Shown here one piece after another: positions 1-12,000 of a stretch of DNA of 64,000 bases. The translations under genes were made by a program, and so were the position numbers. Source of the DNA: Albugo candida (lineage: Eukaryota); assembly GCA_040437565.1 (NCBI GenBank), contig JBDOQK010000015.1:248001-312000 (forward strand), written 5' to 3'. Within the stretch, counting starts at the first letter, position 1. Every line of letters starts with the position of its first letter. Below the pieces are notes generated by a model. It had not been told where the DNA came from. It saw only the letters and a list, made by a program, of their open reading frames with translations, and did not search any database.

Positions 1-15
1 AATTAGTAGTTAGCC

Positions 16-3000
16 ATGGATGCGCCAGCCTCGATTCCAGGCTTTGGCACAATTACGCAACAATCTGAAGAAGTATTATTGTTTGAACCCGATCCGACAT
101 TCTTAGACAGGCATGCTTTAAAAGTTGAAAGAGATTTTCCTTTTCTTGAAGGGACCAAAAAATCGCCAAACATTTCGTTCGAGGACCAAAGAGAGTATGA
201 TGCAGATTTGTTTTTGTTCAATTTTGTTGAAATGGCTGCATGTTGTGCTTCCGACTCTGGTGGACAAGCAAAAGCCTGGTTAGATGTTTTACTACAGACA
301 TTGGGTTTTGCGTTGAGAAATCATGACAAGGTAGACGATCTACTATGCGAATATACTTTCTCATTGATTTCTGTCAAATAGATTGAGCTGGATATCGGAA
401 GTGGTATCATTTGTTGTGATAACAAAAAGATATCACGGCATATGAAGCAAAAAGAGGTACAAGGAATGCAAACGATCTGGTTCTATCCGTCTCCTGGTGA
501 ATATCCTTTGGCTTTTAGATGCGTGATTTGGATGCTCTTCATGACGATTTGTTCACAAAGTACGTACTTGACCTCTGTCAAAGGACTTTGTCATCTGATT
601 GCAGGCTTTGACTAAGAGCCGATAACTCTGATTGTAGAATTCGAATTCCACGTCGCCCTTCAGCATTCGATCACGTAAAACATTCAGATGCGTTGCCGAC
701 GCGATCTCATACAAGAAAACTCAAAGATTCCGCCCCTCAGCGGACAGAATCACCTCGTCAGATAAAGCTCAACCGGAGCTTTGAAAGTGTCAGAAAACAG
801 CAAAATTTGTGCACACATAGCACGAGTTGTGACGAGCCATCAGGCATTTTTGTTCCTCTATTTGACAAGATGGGGCAGACGTTGTGCGTAGAACCAGACA
901 TGCGCACGGCTATGGCTCCATCTAATAGAATAGGCTCCAATTACACGCCGACGGCTCTGCAATTATGCATGCATAGAGGTCTAACATCGGCGGGAATATC
1001 TTTGAATAATGAATCTTTCAATCGGGGAGAGGTTCATGAGTGGTCTCAAGCGGTAATAGCTGATGAAGTTGAAGCTTCCGACAATCGATATATGAGGTAT
1101 CTGAACGAGCTGGATGAATATGATCATCTACAGTGGCAAATTCCGCCCCCTTCGTGTGACTTTATCGATTCTATTTTTCAAGCTTCAAAGAGGCACCTCA
1201 ATGTATTACTTGATCACCCAAAGACTTTCAATGATCAGCTTATTTCTACATTGAGGGTGGAGCTCGCGAGAAGATACACTCGCAGCACACGAAAGGCTGT
1301 TCTCAACTACATATTACTTCGTGATACAACGAGAAAACGACTTCAAATTTATCATGGATCTCCTTCGTCGATGGTGCTTCCAAACAATTTTGTCTGGAAT
1401 AATCTGACCGGAGACGAATACGGATGCCTGTCAGATCTAAAGGCTCTGATCTCAAGCACCCCGACCAAAGCACTTACTTCAAATTTGAGGCAGACTGAAT
1501 GCATGATAAAAGATTCTACTTCACCTCGTTCGCTGATAAATCTACNNNNNNNNNNNNNNNNNNNNNNNNNNNNNNNNNNNNNNNNNNNNNNNNNNNNNNN
1601 NNNNNNNNNNNNNNNNNNNNNNNNNNNNNNNNNNNNNNNNNNNNNTGGAATAATCTGACCGGAGACGAATACGGATGCCTGTCAGATCTAAAGGCTCTGA
1701 TCTCAAGCACCCCGACCAAAGCACTTACTTCAAATTTGAGGCAGACTGAATGCATGATAAAAGATTCTACTTCACCTCGTTCGCTGATAAATCTACTATG
1801 GATACTGTCAAAACCACAAGCGTATACTGTTCTGAAGACGTCATACGCTATGCTTGAGTCAATTCAGCTATTTGATTTACCATCATTAGAAGCACTTTCA
1901 AATTTTAACTCGTACGGCTCTCAATCGCAAGGCACACGGCCTTTGTACCTGCTTGGGTTCAAGGCGAAGCAAATTCATCACGCAGAAAAATCGAAAGAGA
2001 TATTTATGAGCTTTTGGCATCATCAGGCCTCTAAATTGCTTAATGAACCGAGTCCACATGGTCCAAAATCATCTCGTTCAGTTTCCGAACACGCACTTGC
2101 GTCGATGACGGTTATCATGTCGCTACAAGCTCAGAGTATCATAAGTACTTCAATTGAAGTATTTCTCCGATTTTTGAATCATTTTGACTACAAAATTGAT
2201 CCAAGCGAAACAAATAGTCTCATACTGACCCCAGAGGAGCACTTATTCGAATCGCCACTGGTGGGATTTTCAGTGGAATTGAAAGTGGATGGGAATCGTG
2301 TCCGACTAAACGTCGAGCACGAAGACATAAGCGAGCATCTTGTTGAAACTTTTCAGCTCGCAATCAAGGTCTTTCAAGACATCCCATCCTTAGAGAATCA
2401 AATCATAGGACATGATTGTCACAAGTCATCATTTACGTGGAAGACGGACAGGATACACGATGAGTATTCCAAAGCTATCAATGAAATACGACGAGTTTGC
2501 CGAAAACATGTGGTATTTCTGGATCACGTCTGCCATCAGCACACACAAATACTTGCGCTGTACCAGGATTCAATATTACGAGAGGTTTTAGACGATCTCA
2601 AACGAGCAGCATGTGATACAAATGTGTGTCGGGAAGCGATACGCAAGTTGAATAATGCTGCAGATCGACTTTCGGAGTTGTCAAAGTCGGTTATGTTTCT
2701 GAACCTCTTTTGCTTGGACTGCAATCAAGTACAAGTGGAAATGCACAAGACTATTTCTGAGTGGTTTCATTGTATTTCGTGTGCATATGGTGACATTACA
2801 GCTAAGAGAATTCATGCGCTGCGTGATATGTATGAAGACATTAGGAATGTACTTGCAAGTACACCAAGAAATTCGCATGAGTTGGTGGCTGCTGAGATGT
2901 ACATCAGTGAGCTACAGAATTCGAAGCTGCAAGGACTTGAGGCTGCGTGTAAAGAAATTGAGACCAGACTAAGTTTTTTGATACTTGAATGCTATCAAGA

Positions 3001-6000
3001 ACCACCTAATAGCATTCATCAGTCATACAAAGAGATGATTACTATGGACGCACTTTCGATATACAGAGAATTGACTCGATGGCCATTCCATATCAAAAAC
3101 GCAGTCGATGACGCTGAAATAGCTTTGGCATTGGCACGAAGGAAATTGGAAGAAGCTTTCCATGATCATCGGTTGACTTTTCACCGAGAGATAACTAGGC
3201 TTGCTGGTCAAGTCACCACACTAGCAGAAGCCGCCGATTTGATTTACCCATCAATGTATGCTATTCAAGCCTCTGCAATACAGGAGAGACTGAAGGACAA
3301 TCGAGATATGCTTAACATGCTGATGGAAGAGGAGAGAGTTCTCGGGATTCAAAGTAACTGGAGTGTCTCGCTAACAATGGATGATCTATCGAAGACCGCG
3401 TCTACACAGAAGCAGATCTGGTCGACGATACGTGACTTTCAGGAACTTTCCAATCGTCTATCTCGATCGGTTCTTTCTGAACTGACTTGTGAATCCGACC
3501 AGGCGATCCTAACGAAGATGATAATAACACTCATAGAATGTAATCATTCTCCTTGTGCAGGTGAAACGGCAATCAAAAACACTATCGAGAACGCTCAACT
3601 CTTTTTGGATATCATCAAGCTAGTAAATATGCTTTTGCATCCAGCTATAGAAGACCGACACAAGCAAGAAATGACCGAATTACTTGGGATGCATTTCGAT
3701 GAACTTTTGCAACTTACTCCACTCGCACTCATCCAGAACGGAGTCATGGACCAAATAACTAAAGTGGGACGCATTTGCGAGTTGGCTTTGTTTGAGAAAG
3801 AGGTGGAGAGAACCCTGCAAGAAATTGCAGCCGAATGGCGAAATGCGGGCTTTATTTTCAGCACACAGCAACATGTCAGCATACGAGGTAGTTGCGATGA
3901 GATGCAAAGCATGATCTTTTCAGTATCAGATGCTAAGGATCTCGAGATTATGATCCAGGATCATCAGATACGTCTGGAAACGATCCAGTGTCTCCGCCCT
4001 GATTCAGTCTTGAAACAGTATCGCGATGAATGGATGTCATTTTTCGAAAAGGTAAATTTTCTGGCCCATAAATTGCTTATCTGCAATCGACAGTGGCTAT
4101 CGTTGCGCACACTATACTGCAAGTCATACTTCTCCGGGATCTTTAAAGATGATGATGTCATGATATGTGCTAAATGGGAAGGTGTAAAGGCAGCATACTT
4201 GGAAACAATACATCGCATTACTCTTCATCCTCGATGCATCTTTATTGTTCCGGCTCCTCATTCTTTATACATTGACGATGGTAACAGCCTTGGCACAGAA
4301 AAGATGTCTCAAGACGACGTTGCAGTCAAGTCACGGCACTTTATCCAAGCCATTGACGAGGTGTGTTTAGAGATGGATTCTGTTCAACAGAGATTACGAA
4401 TCATACTCGATCGAACGCGGGAACTATTTCCAAGATTTCATTTCCTATCTGATATATCACTGGCAGAATTGCTCTCGCATTTGTCCGTGACAAATGATCA
4501 ATCTAAAGCTAGAGAATTGTCTATCTTGGAGGGAACCGTTACATCAGTAAGAAAGCACTCTAAGCAAATCAAATTATGCTTTCCAGGTGCCGATACGTTA
4601 CAATTTGATGCTAAATCACACCAAATTATAGCAATAGTGAGCTCACAAGGCGAAGTTTTCTCAGTAGCATCCTCAATCACTACCAAGAATGTACCTGTGA
4701 CTCAATGGCTGAAGCATCTTGAAACGTGTATGCATCGAACGATACATGCATCTCTTCGAGCGGCGATGCACGAGATGGACGAAAAGGACTTCAAGAAGTG
4801 GTGTATGTCATGGCCGGAACAAGTTGTACTATGCACAATCTGTCATTTCTGGACTCTGCAAGGGGAAGCCGCCAATCGGGCTTTAGACACCGAGACACAC
4901 AGCCAAAATGGAATTTGGACTTTCCATAAATCCAAAAACGCTTGGGATCTTGTGGTTAAGGATTTAAACGAGAAATTACGAGCCATTTCAGATGGTATGA
5001 ATTCTGCAAAGAGACCTCATCACAGAAAAGCACTGGAGGACGTGATCATACTTTTAAGACATCTACGAGATGTGTCAGTCAAGATATTGAATGAAGTCCA
5101 AGCTGCGGAAAGTATTATCTGCCCTCATCTGGAGAAGAAGACAAACCGAGGAAAAAGCGAGACAGCAGTCACAGCCAAGAATATGGAGAATTTTGGGATC
5201 TCTACTTGGCTTCTGCAACCACGATATTATTATGAGGAGAATCAAGATCTCATAATTCGCATTATGCACAAAACCTCTCTGTTTTATGGTTACGAATATC
5301 TTGGAAATGATTCCATGTCATTTTCAGTCAAGCCGTTAACGCTGAGGTACTCACTGGCACTTTTCCAAACCGCAGTTCATTTAAAAAGGAATTGCTGCTT
5401 TGAATCGGATGCAGTATCAAGTGTTGGCATTCCAACTCTAGTACATGAACTCAGCAAATCCTGTGGCCGCTTATGGATAAAATTCTCATGCCAAGATCAA
5501 AGCATCAGGGAATACCATACGCTGCAGTACGATAAATTAATGAACTTTGCCAGGGGTGCAGCATCAACTGGGGCTTGGCTTTTGGTTGAAAACGCCCAAA
5601 GGATAGGGAACAGTAAGCACCAGATGTCTCAACTCGCTAATTTTGTACAACTATGCGCAAAGATTAGCGAGAAACTTCTCAGTAAAAGCCCGAGCTGCGA
5701 AGCTGGAGGAACTACAATCTCCTTACGTCGAGGACTTCAAATTACCATGATCATGAACAAACAGAAGCTATCGAACCCAACGATGGAACGAATGTTGAGC
5801 ATTGTGCGATCTCATTTTCATAGCATCCAAGCAAATCTTCCTGATTTTGACATCTTGATTGAGAGCTTGCTTGCTAAAGCTGAATTTCAATTTTCTCGAA
5901 CTACAATCCTAAAGCTCTCAGCGATAATGGCGATAGTGGAGACTGATCTCCTGGAAAATGGCTCCTTTGATGAGCGTAAGCTAGGAAAGGACGGAATGAC

Positions 6001-9000
6001 GCATGATAAACCACTTGCTTTACTCGTCCGGACTATCGCACGAGCGGTCCAGATTCAGTCCATTTTGCTGGAGAATCTCACACTCTCTCGATATCGCGAT
6101 ACTTCTCTCAACGCTTTTGGTACTCGTGAAAAAGAAAATAATTTGCGAGCGAATAAACATTTGGAGGAAGCAACTTCGTTAGCAGAAATCAAACAAATCA
6201 TCATAAGCGAAGGCACAACAGTATCTGAAGTGCAGAAGCTTGAAAGCTTGAGTCTGGCTCGAGGTTCGTTTGAGATACTTCGTTTCAATATCTCAGAAAG
6301 TGTCATGGAAGAAATAGCGGAACTGCTACAACAAATTCATCCTAATTTTGAACAAGAGGTCAGCAAGATCAGAAACAGCTCCTTACGGATTCCGCTTAAT
6401 GTGAGAGACCAATACACACAGGTTTCATCTCACCTTGATAAATCTTCGAGCAAAAAACTTTGGCTCGATTTGATGGAGAAGGGATCATCACTGGAAGATG
6501 TAGTGACAGAGTACACTTCTACAAGCTGTGTTATTAGAGCATCAGATGCATCACTTGCCACAAAAACTCGGCAACTCTGTGAGGTATTACAGCTCGGTCG
6601 TCTAGTGATTGTGAGTGGAAAAACACAAGCTGGCAAAAGCGGAGTCATCATGACGCTATTGGAAGCTTGCAATACATTGCATCACATAGCTGAAAATGTT
6701 GAAGAAATCAAAGAACGAAGGCAACGTCAGGAGAAAGTAAAAGGAGCACTGTGCCCCCGGCAGAAACAAATCTACAGTAATTCACTTCCATCAGCTTCGT
6801 GGAATAATGAATGGTACCAAAACAAGCTCGTTGCCTCTACGCATCAAGTTGTTATAATGCACCAAGCAACAACATGGAAGAAATTCATTGGACTTGATAT
6901 ATTTCTTCTTGCGGAGGATTGCGTATTAAAAGAATGTGCAGAGGAAGGCACAATATGTCGAAATAGAGATCTGCTAGATCAGTTGATTTGGGATGCAGTG
7001 CTAAGGCATCATCGAAATGGTGTACATACCTGGCTTGTCCTTGATGGATCGATCGATACCTCCCTATGCGAATGGTTGATAAAGTATACAGGAAGCCTGA
7101 TTCAGCGATCACGTTACGAAGTATTGGATCGATTTGATACGCGAGATCCTGTATTGCCAGATTTTATTCGGGTTATCGCCGAAACTGAGAATCTATCGAA
7201 TGTGAGCCCATCCATCCTTTACAGCATCGGATACGTTAGCATGTCTTTACAAACTGAAGGTTTTGTACAGGAAGTACCCATATGGCATGATCTTTATTTT
7301 TCATGGCGACGAAATCATATAGCAAAGGGTACATTCAACTCGGAAGTACTCGGCATGCTAGATGACTTGATGGAAGAAGTGGTGACAGAGAGCTTGAATT
7401 TTGCGGATGCAAATTTGCTGTCATCGAAGGCATATTCCGATTATTCTCGGAAGTATATTTATCGAAACTATCGAATGCTTTGCCGCATTCGTCAATTGCT
7501 CGAGTATTTTGAAATCTTCGCCAAGCATCAGTGGAAGCAATGGACAGCACTTACGAGCCTGAAGCGGAATATCGCGATTTCGTCCTTCTTCTTGCAGGCT
7601 CTAGTATGGGGAGTTGGAAACACGTACGATAGAACAGAACAGGTGAAGTTTCAGGCCTTCTTGCGTGAATTCGCGCTAAAAAGCGCGCCTAAAATGACCG
7701 CGTCGATCAGCTCAGTCAAAAGTGTTTTACTGGATTCTTTTTTAGCGAAAGATTCCACGGGATTTATGGCTGATGAAAAGTCTGTCTACAAATTTGGTTT
7801 TCTAATAGAAAGTGGAAATCTCAAATGGATGGAGTGGACACAATACTATTTGCATTGGCTCGAATCCATTCTCAGCTCGGACTTTATAAAGTCCGACGCG
7901 CCAAACGTGTCAGATGACACATCAAATCGGATGGCTGGTGTTGTAAACTATTGCAGAGCATTCTCCAAAGCGGTTACTGGATGCCGAGTTGTATCAAAAG
8001 AGCATTTGCAGTTTTGGCAGCTCGTCTCAAAATACAAAAAAGATGACGTTTCCTCTCTGCGTATGCCAACATCAAACGAAGTAGCAGCACTATGTATTTT
8101 AGATCAAGTAATGGATGATGGAACTCAGTACTCAGCTCTTATTTCGGGCCCAACCGGATCAGGGAAAACACGCCTCGGTCTTCAATATTTGATCACACGT
8201 GAGTTTTCACATCATTCATCAACTGAAGCATCGTTATCTTGTGAGGCTCTACATCGAAGATTCAAAAAGCTTCACGGTCAATTTCAGCATATACAATTGA
8301 GCTCAGGTAGTACCGCCGACGGTATTATGAACCAAATGCTTCCTTTCTTAAACACAAACGCCCATCATATATATCGGAAAAAGTGCATTTCTGATGGCTC
8401 GCCTGTAGTCCTCTTCTTTGATGATGTTCATTCGGTTTTACCCGACGGTGAATCGTGTCAAGGATCTCCCCATGTTCAAATGAGTATAGCGACCGAATTA
8501 GTGAGGATGATAGCTGATCAAAAAAAGCTTTTTCATCTTAGTAGTGATGGAAATTTTGAGAATGTACCTGGACTGAAGGTATTCAGCTCGAGGAGCATCA
8601 GTGATGCACAACTGGGATATCGACGCTCCACCCTCGATCGAATGTCTCACAGATTCATTGATATCGCGATGCCCGAAATGAGTGATCGAGATTTGTACGA
8701 CATCTGCACCGAAATCATCTCTCATTATATTTCTTTACCGGGTACATCTCGCTTATCCGAACAAAGTCCGTTGACTGAAGATAATGGAATTGATTTAAAA
8801 TTTACAATGAGAGTCGCTAAAGCAAGTGTGTGTATCTTTCAAGTCGTTTGGCCATCCTTTGGTATACTTGATTGCCGTACAACAGATGATTTTAGCTTTG
8901 AAAGCTCCATGTTATCGTCACATATTAACGAAGATGTATCTAATTCTGTCAAAGAATGCCGGCTGTCTTACCAAAGTCGCTTTGCATGCAAGAATTCTTG

Positions 9001-12000
9001 TCTTTTTCTCGATTCCGACTTAATTTCTCGTGTACATCGGTACCATGTTGATGACTTGTGCCAACTCGTTCGACGTGTATGCATCCAAGCGGTAAATTGT
9101 CGGAATACGATCGACATTTCTTCAAGCTGGTGTAGCGAAGTTGATAGGATTTTTGGATATCGCTTGCTTGACGCTCAATTACGTCAGGCGCTCGTACAAA
9201 AAGCCCGCAGTGTTGCGTCCTCCTTTTTTGGCCATCTTGAAAACCAGGCCTACGTCATCGCTGATGTAGCCCATTTCATGCCACTATTAAATTCGGCTTC
9301 CGCAGAAGGCCTTCGTCAGCATTCCGTGGTGATGGCCTACGGCGTCAACGTACTTGATATGATAGAGAAGGAGGAATCAATATGCAACAAAACAATTGTT
9401 GTTTATGATGGACGATTCAAAGGTGCGAGTCATATTCGTTGGCTTGCATTTTTTAAGAGAATCATTTTGCAATGTGTTTCATTATATCTGTCACGGCTTC
9501 CTGAAGCTAAATCAGAACCAACTCTTCTGCTTTTCCAAGACGATGGAAGTTACGATCACCAGGCTTCTTATCAATTGATCGAATGGTTCGCTTTGGGAAT
9601 GCACAGAGTACTTGAAGACGCGCTGCATCTTTATCGGGATCTCAGTCCTATTTTCATCGATCAATTGAAAAGTTATGAGGCACTTCAAAATCAAGAGCGT
9701 GAAAACAGATCTGGCTTCACAAATGCAGGCGATCCATCCTCCCGATTTCTAGTATCAAAAGCGATTTACAATATTGCACGGAAGAATCTTCATATTGCAG
9801 TTATTATGCATCTCGAATATGCTAAAATCCCACGTACGAAAGGGCTACGGACACGAAATTCCGTTTCAATCACATCGACAATCAGACGATATTCTCATTT
9901 TTTCGACGCCTGCAACATGACTTTCTGTGGTCCTTGCCCGGATGAGACATTAATCAGCGAATCAGAGAAAATTCTGGATGGAATTCCACAGCTCACTGAT
10001 CAGGAACGGAAATTGTATGCTTCCGTGGCGGTTCAATTCCTGCAAGAAGCTCGCAAGAAATCAGAAACGGGTGGAGACATCGAAGAATTATCTTGGGACG
10101 TGCTAGGTTCCGTCGTGCATGCAGATCTCATTAATCATCATCTCTTGATATTCGTCGATCAGTATGAGCGGGTACAATGCCGCATACGGACTCAGCTCAA
10201 GAGTTATCGCGCTGCTGTGCTGTTTCTCGACGAGTTGGAAACGGAATTTTCCAAGCAAAATTCTCATGATACATTCCTCCGAGCTCAGCACCAAGAAAAA
10301 TCAGCATTAACGTGGGAATCGTACGGAAACCTTGAGAAAGAGAAATTGGCAATCATTAAAGCACAAAAACAGGTTGATGTTGCGAAAGATTTACACCGGC
10401 TACAAGGTGAACGAGTTAGCAGTATTGAGCAAGAATGCAAGGTATCATTTCAGCATGAAGAATTGTTCGTACATCAGCACCAGCGAGTCAAAGTTCTGGC
10501 TGATACGATTATCTTTACCATGAGTAGACTAAACGAGGAGAATGAAGCTATTCAAGACTTCTTTGAGAAGGAAGACAACGACGTCGAGCGTAATATCGAG
10601 AGCACATTTCTGAAGCAATTCCCGGATTTGTACAACGTTGAGCGCTTCAGTGGAGAACAGAGAGCAATGATAAGCATCAATTCGACGGTACAGGCTTTTT
10701 TAAATTTGCCAAACCATCCACTTTGTCCAATATTTTTCCATTTGTGTGAATGCTTGGCACGTATTTTGCATATTGATGCGCACAAAAAACAGATTTCTGC
10801 TGAGAAGGAAGAGACATTTGATGATTTCATGACGGCTGTAAAGATGCAAATGTTACGTCCTGATTTTTGGTACGAAATTCGAGACTTGCAAATATCTCTT
10901 ATCAAAGAATCCGTTTTGAGTCGAGTGCTCTGTCTCGTTACGACTATGGATATCAGCGCATTGCAAAATCCTCCTCTACACCCATTCGTGTCTATTCTGC
11001 ACGATTTTGTTAAAGCTGTAGCATTTTGTCTACGTGATCGCGTTTCGTCGAGTGTCAAATTGGGTCACTTGCAAGAAGAGCGCAAACTATTACATCAATC
11101 TCAGTTGCACATTTCTTCAGTTCAATCCGTCAACAGATCGCACCAATCATGTATAACAGATGCCGAAAGCCTTCGGCAAGATTCAGAGTTGGCACGGGAA
11201 TGCTTGGCGAAGAAAATCAAGGAAAGCACAGAAAGAATTAAACAACTTGAGTCCCTAAAGTATGCGACAAAAGATAAGAGGAAAAAGATTCAAACTCGAT
11301 TTGAGAAGCTTACAGAGGCTTCAGAAGAATGGATAGGTGATTTATTCATGGTTTCAGCGATGATGACGTACCCAGAGAAGTTGATCCATCAATTCGATCT
11401 GTTGAAATGCTGGGATACAATTCTAACGGCTTTTCCTATTCGATGCAATGGTATCTGGAAAAAGGGAGTGATTTCTTCGAAAATGACTAAACATTTACAA
11501 CAGCTTTTCGGTATCAGAAAAGTGGTTTTATCAGAATGGGGCATACAAGGGCTTCCGGCAGATGATCCTCAGACAGTTTTCGATGTTATCAGAGTACTGC
11601 ATACCAAAAGGATCCCTTGCCTGATAGATCCGTCCCAAGTTGCCACAGAGTGGATCAAGAATGTCCTGATCGAAAGCAGATCGTTTGTTATTAGTTGTGC
11701 TACTCAGTGTGCTTCTTCCACCTGCAACGGTCTCCTTAACCCAGCATTCCCTGATATCGACGAGGAATGTGCGCTTTGTAATACAATCAAACGGCACAAC
11801 GATCTGCAGAATCGATTCCTTCTGACAGACTTTGACGAAAATGCCGCATATCACCTTCGCTTCTTTCTGAAATCGTATCAGTGGACGCGGTTACGCTTAC
11901 GTGGGAGGAGTTCTCAAGCTTTGCTCAGTAAATCCGAAGAAAGCACCCTCCATCAGCATCTCGGAGATGATGTAATTCATCAAATTTACGTCTCGCTCTC

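Noticed and set aside
501-586. ATATCCTTT, a perfect U12-type (AT-AC) donor, with a possible branch site and AC acceptor at 586
   Set aside because: Splicing 501-586 runs into a TGA at 609. The ordinary GT-AG model explains the region without stops.
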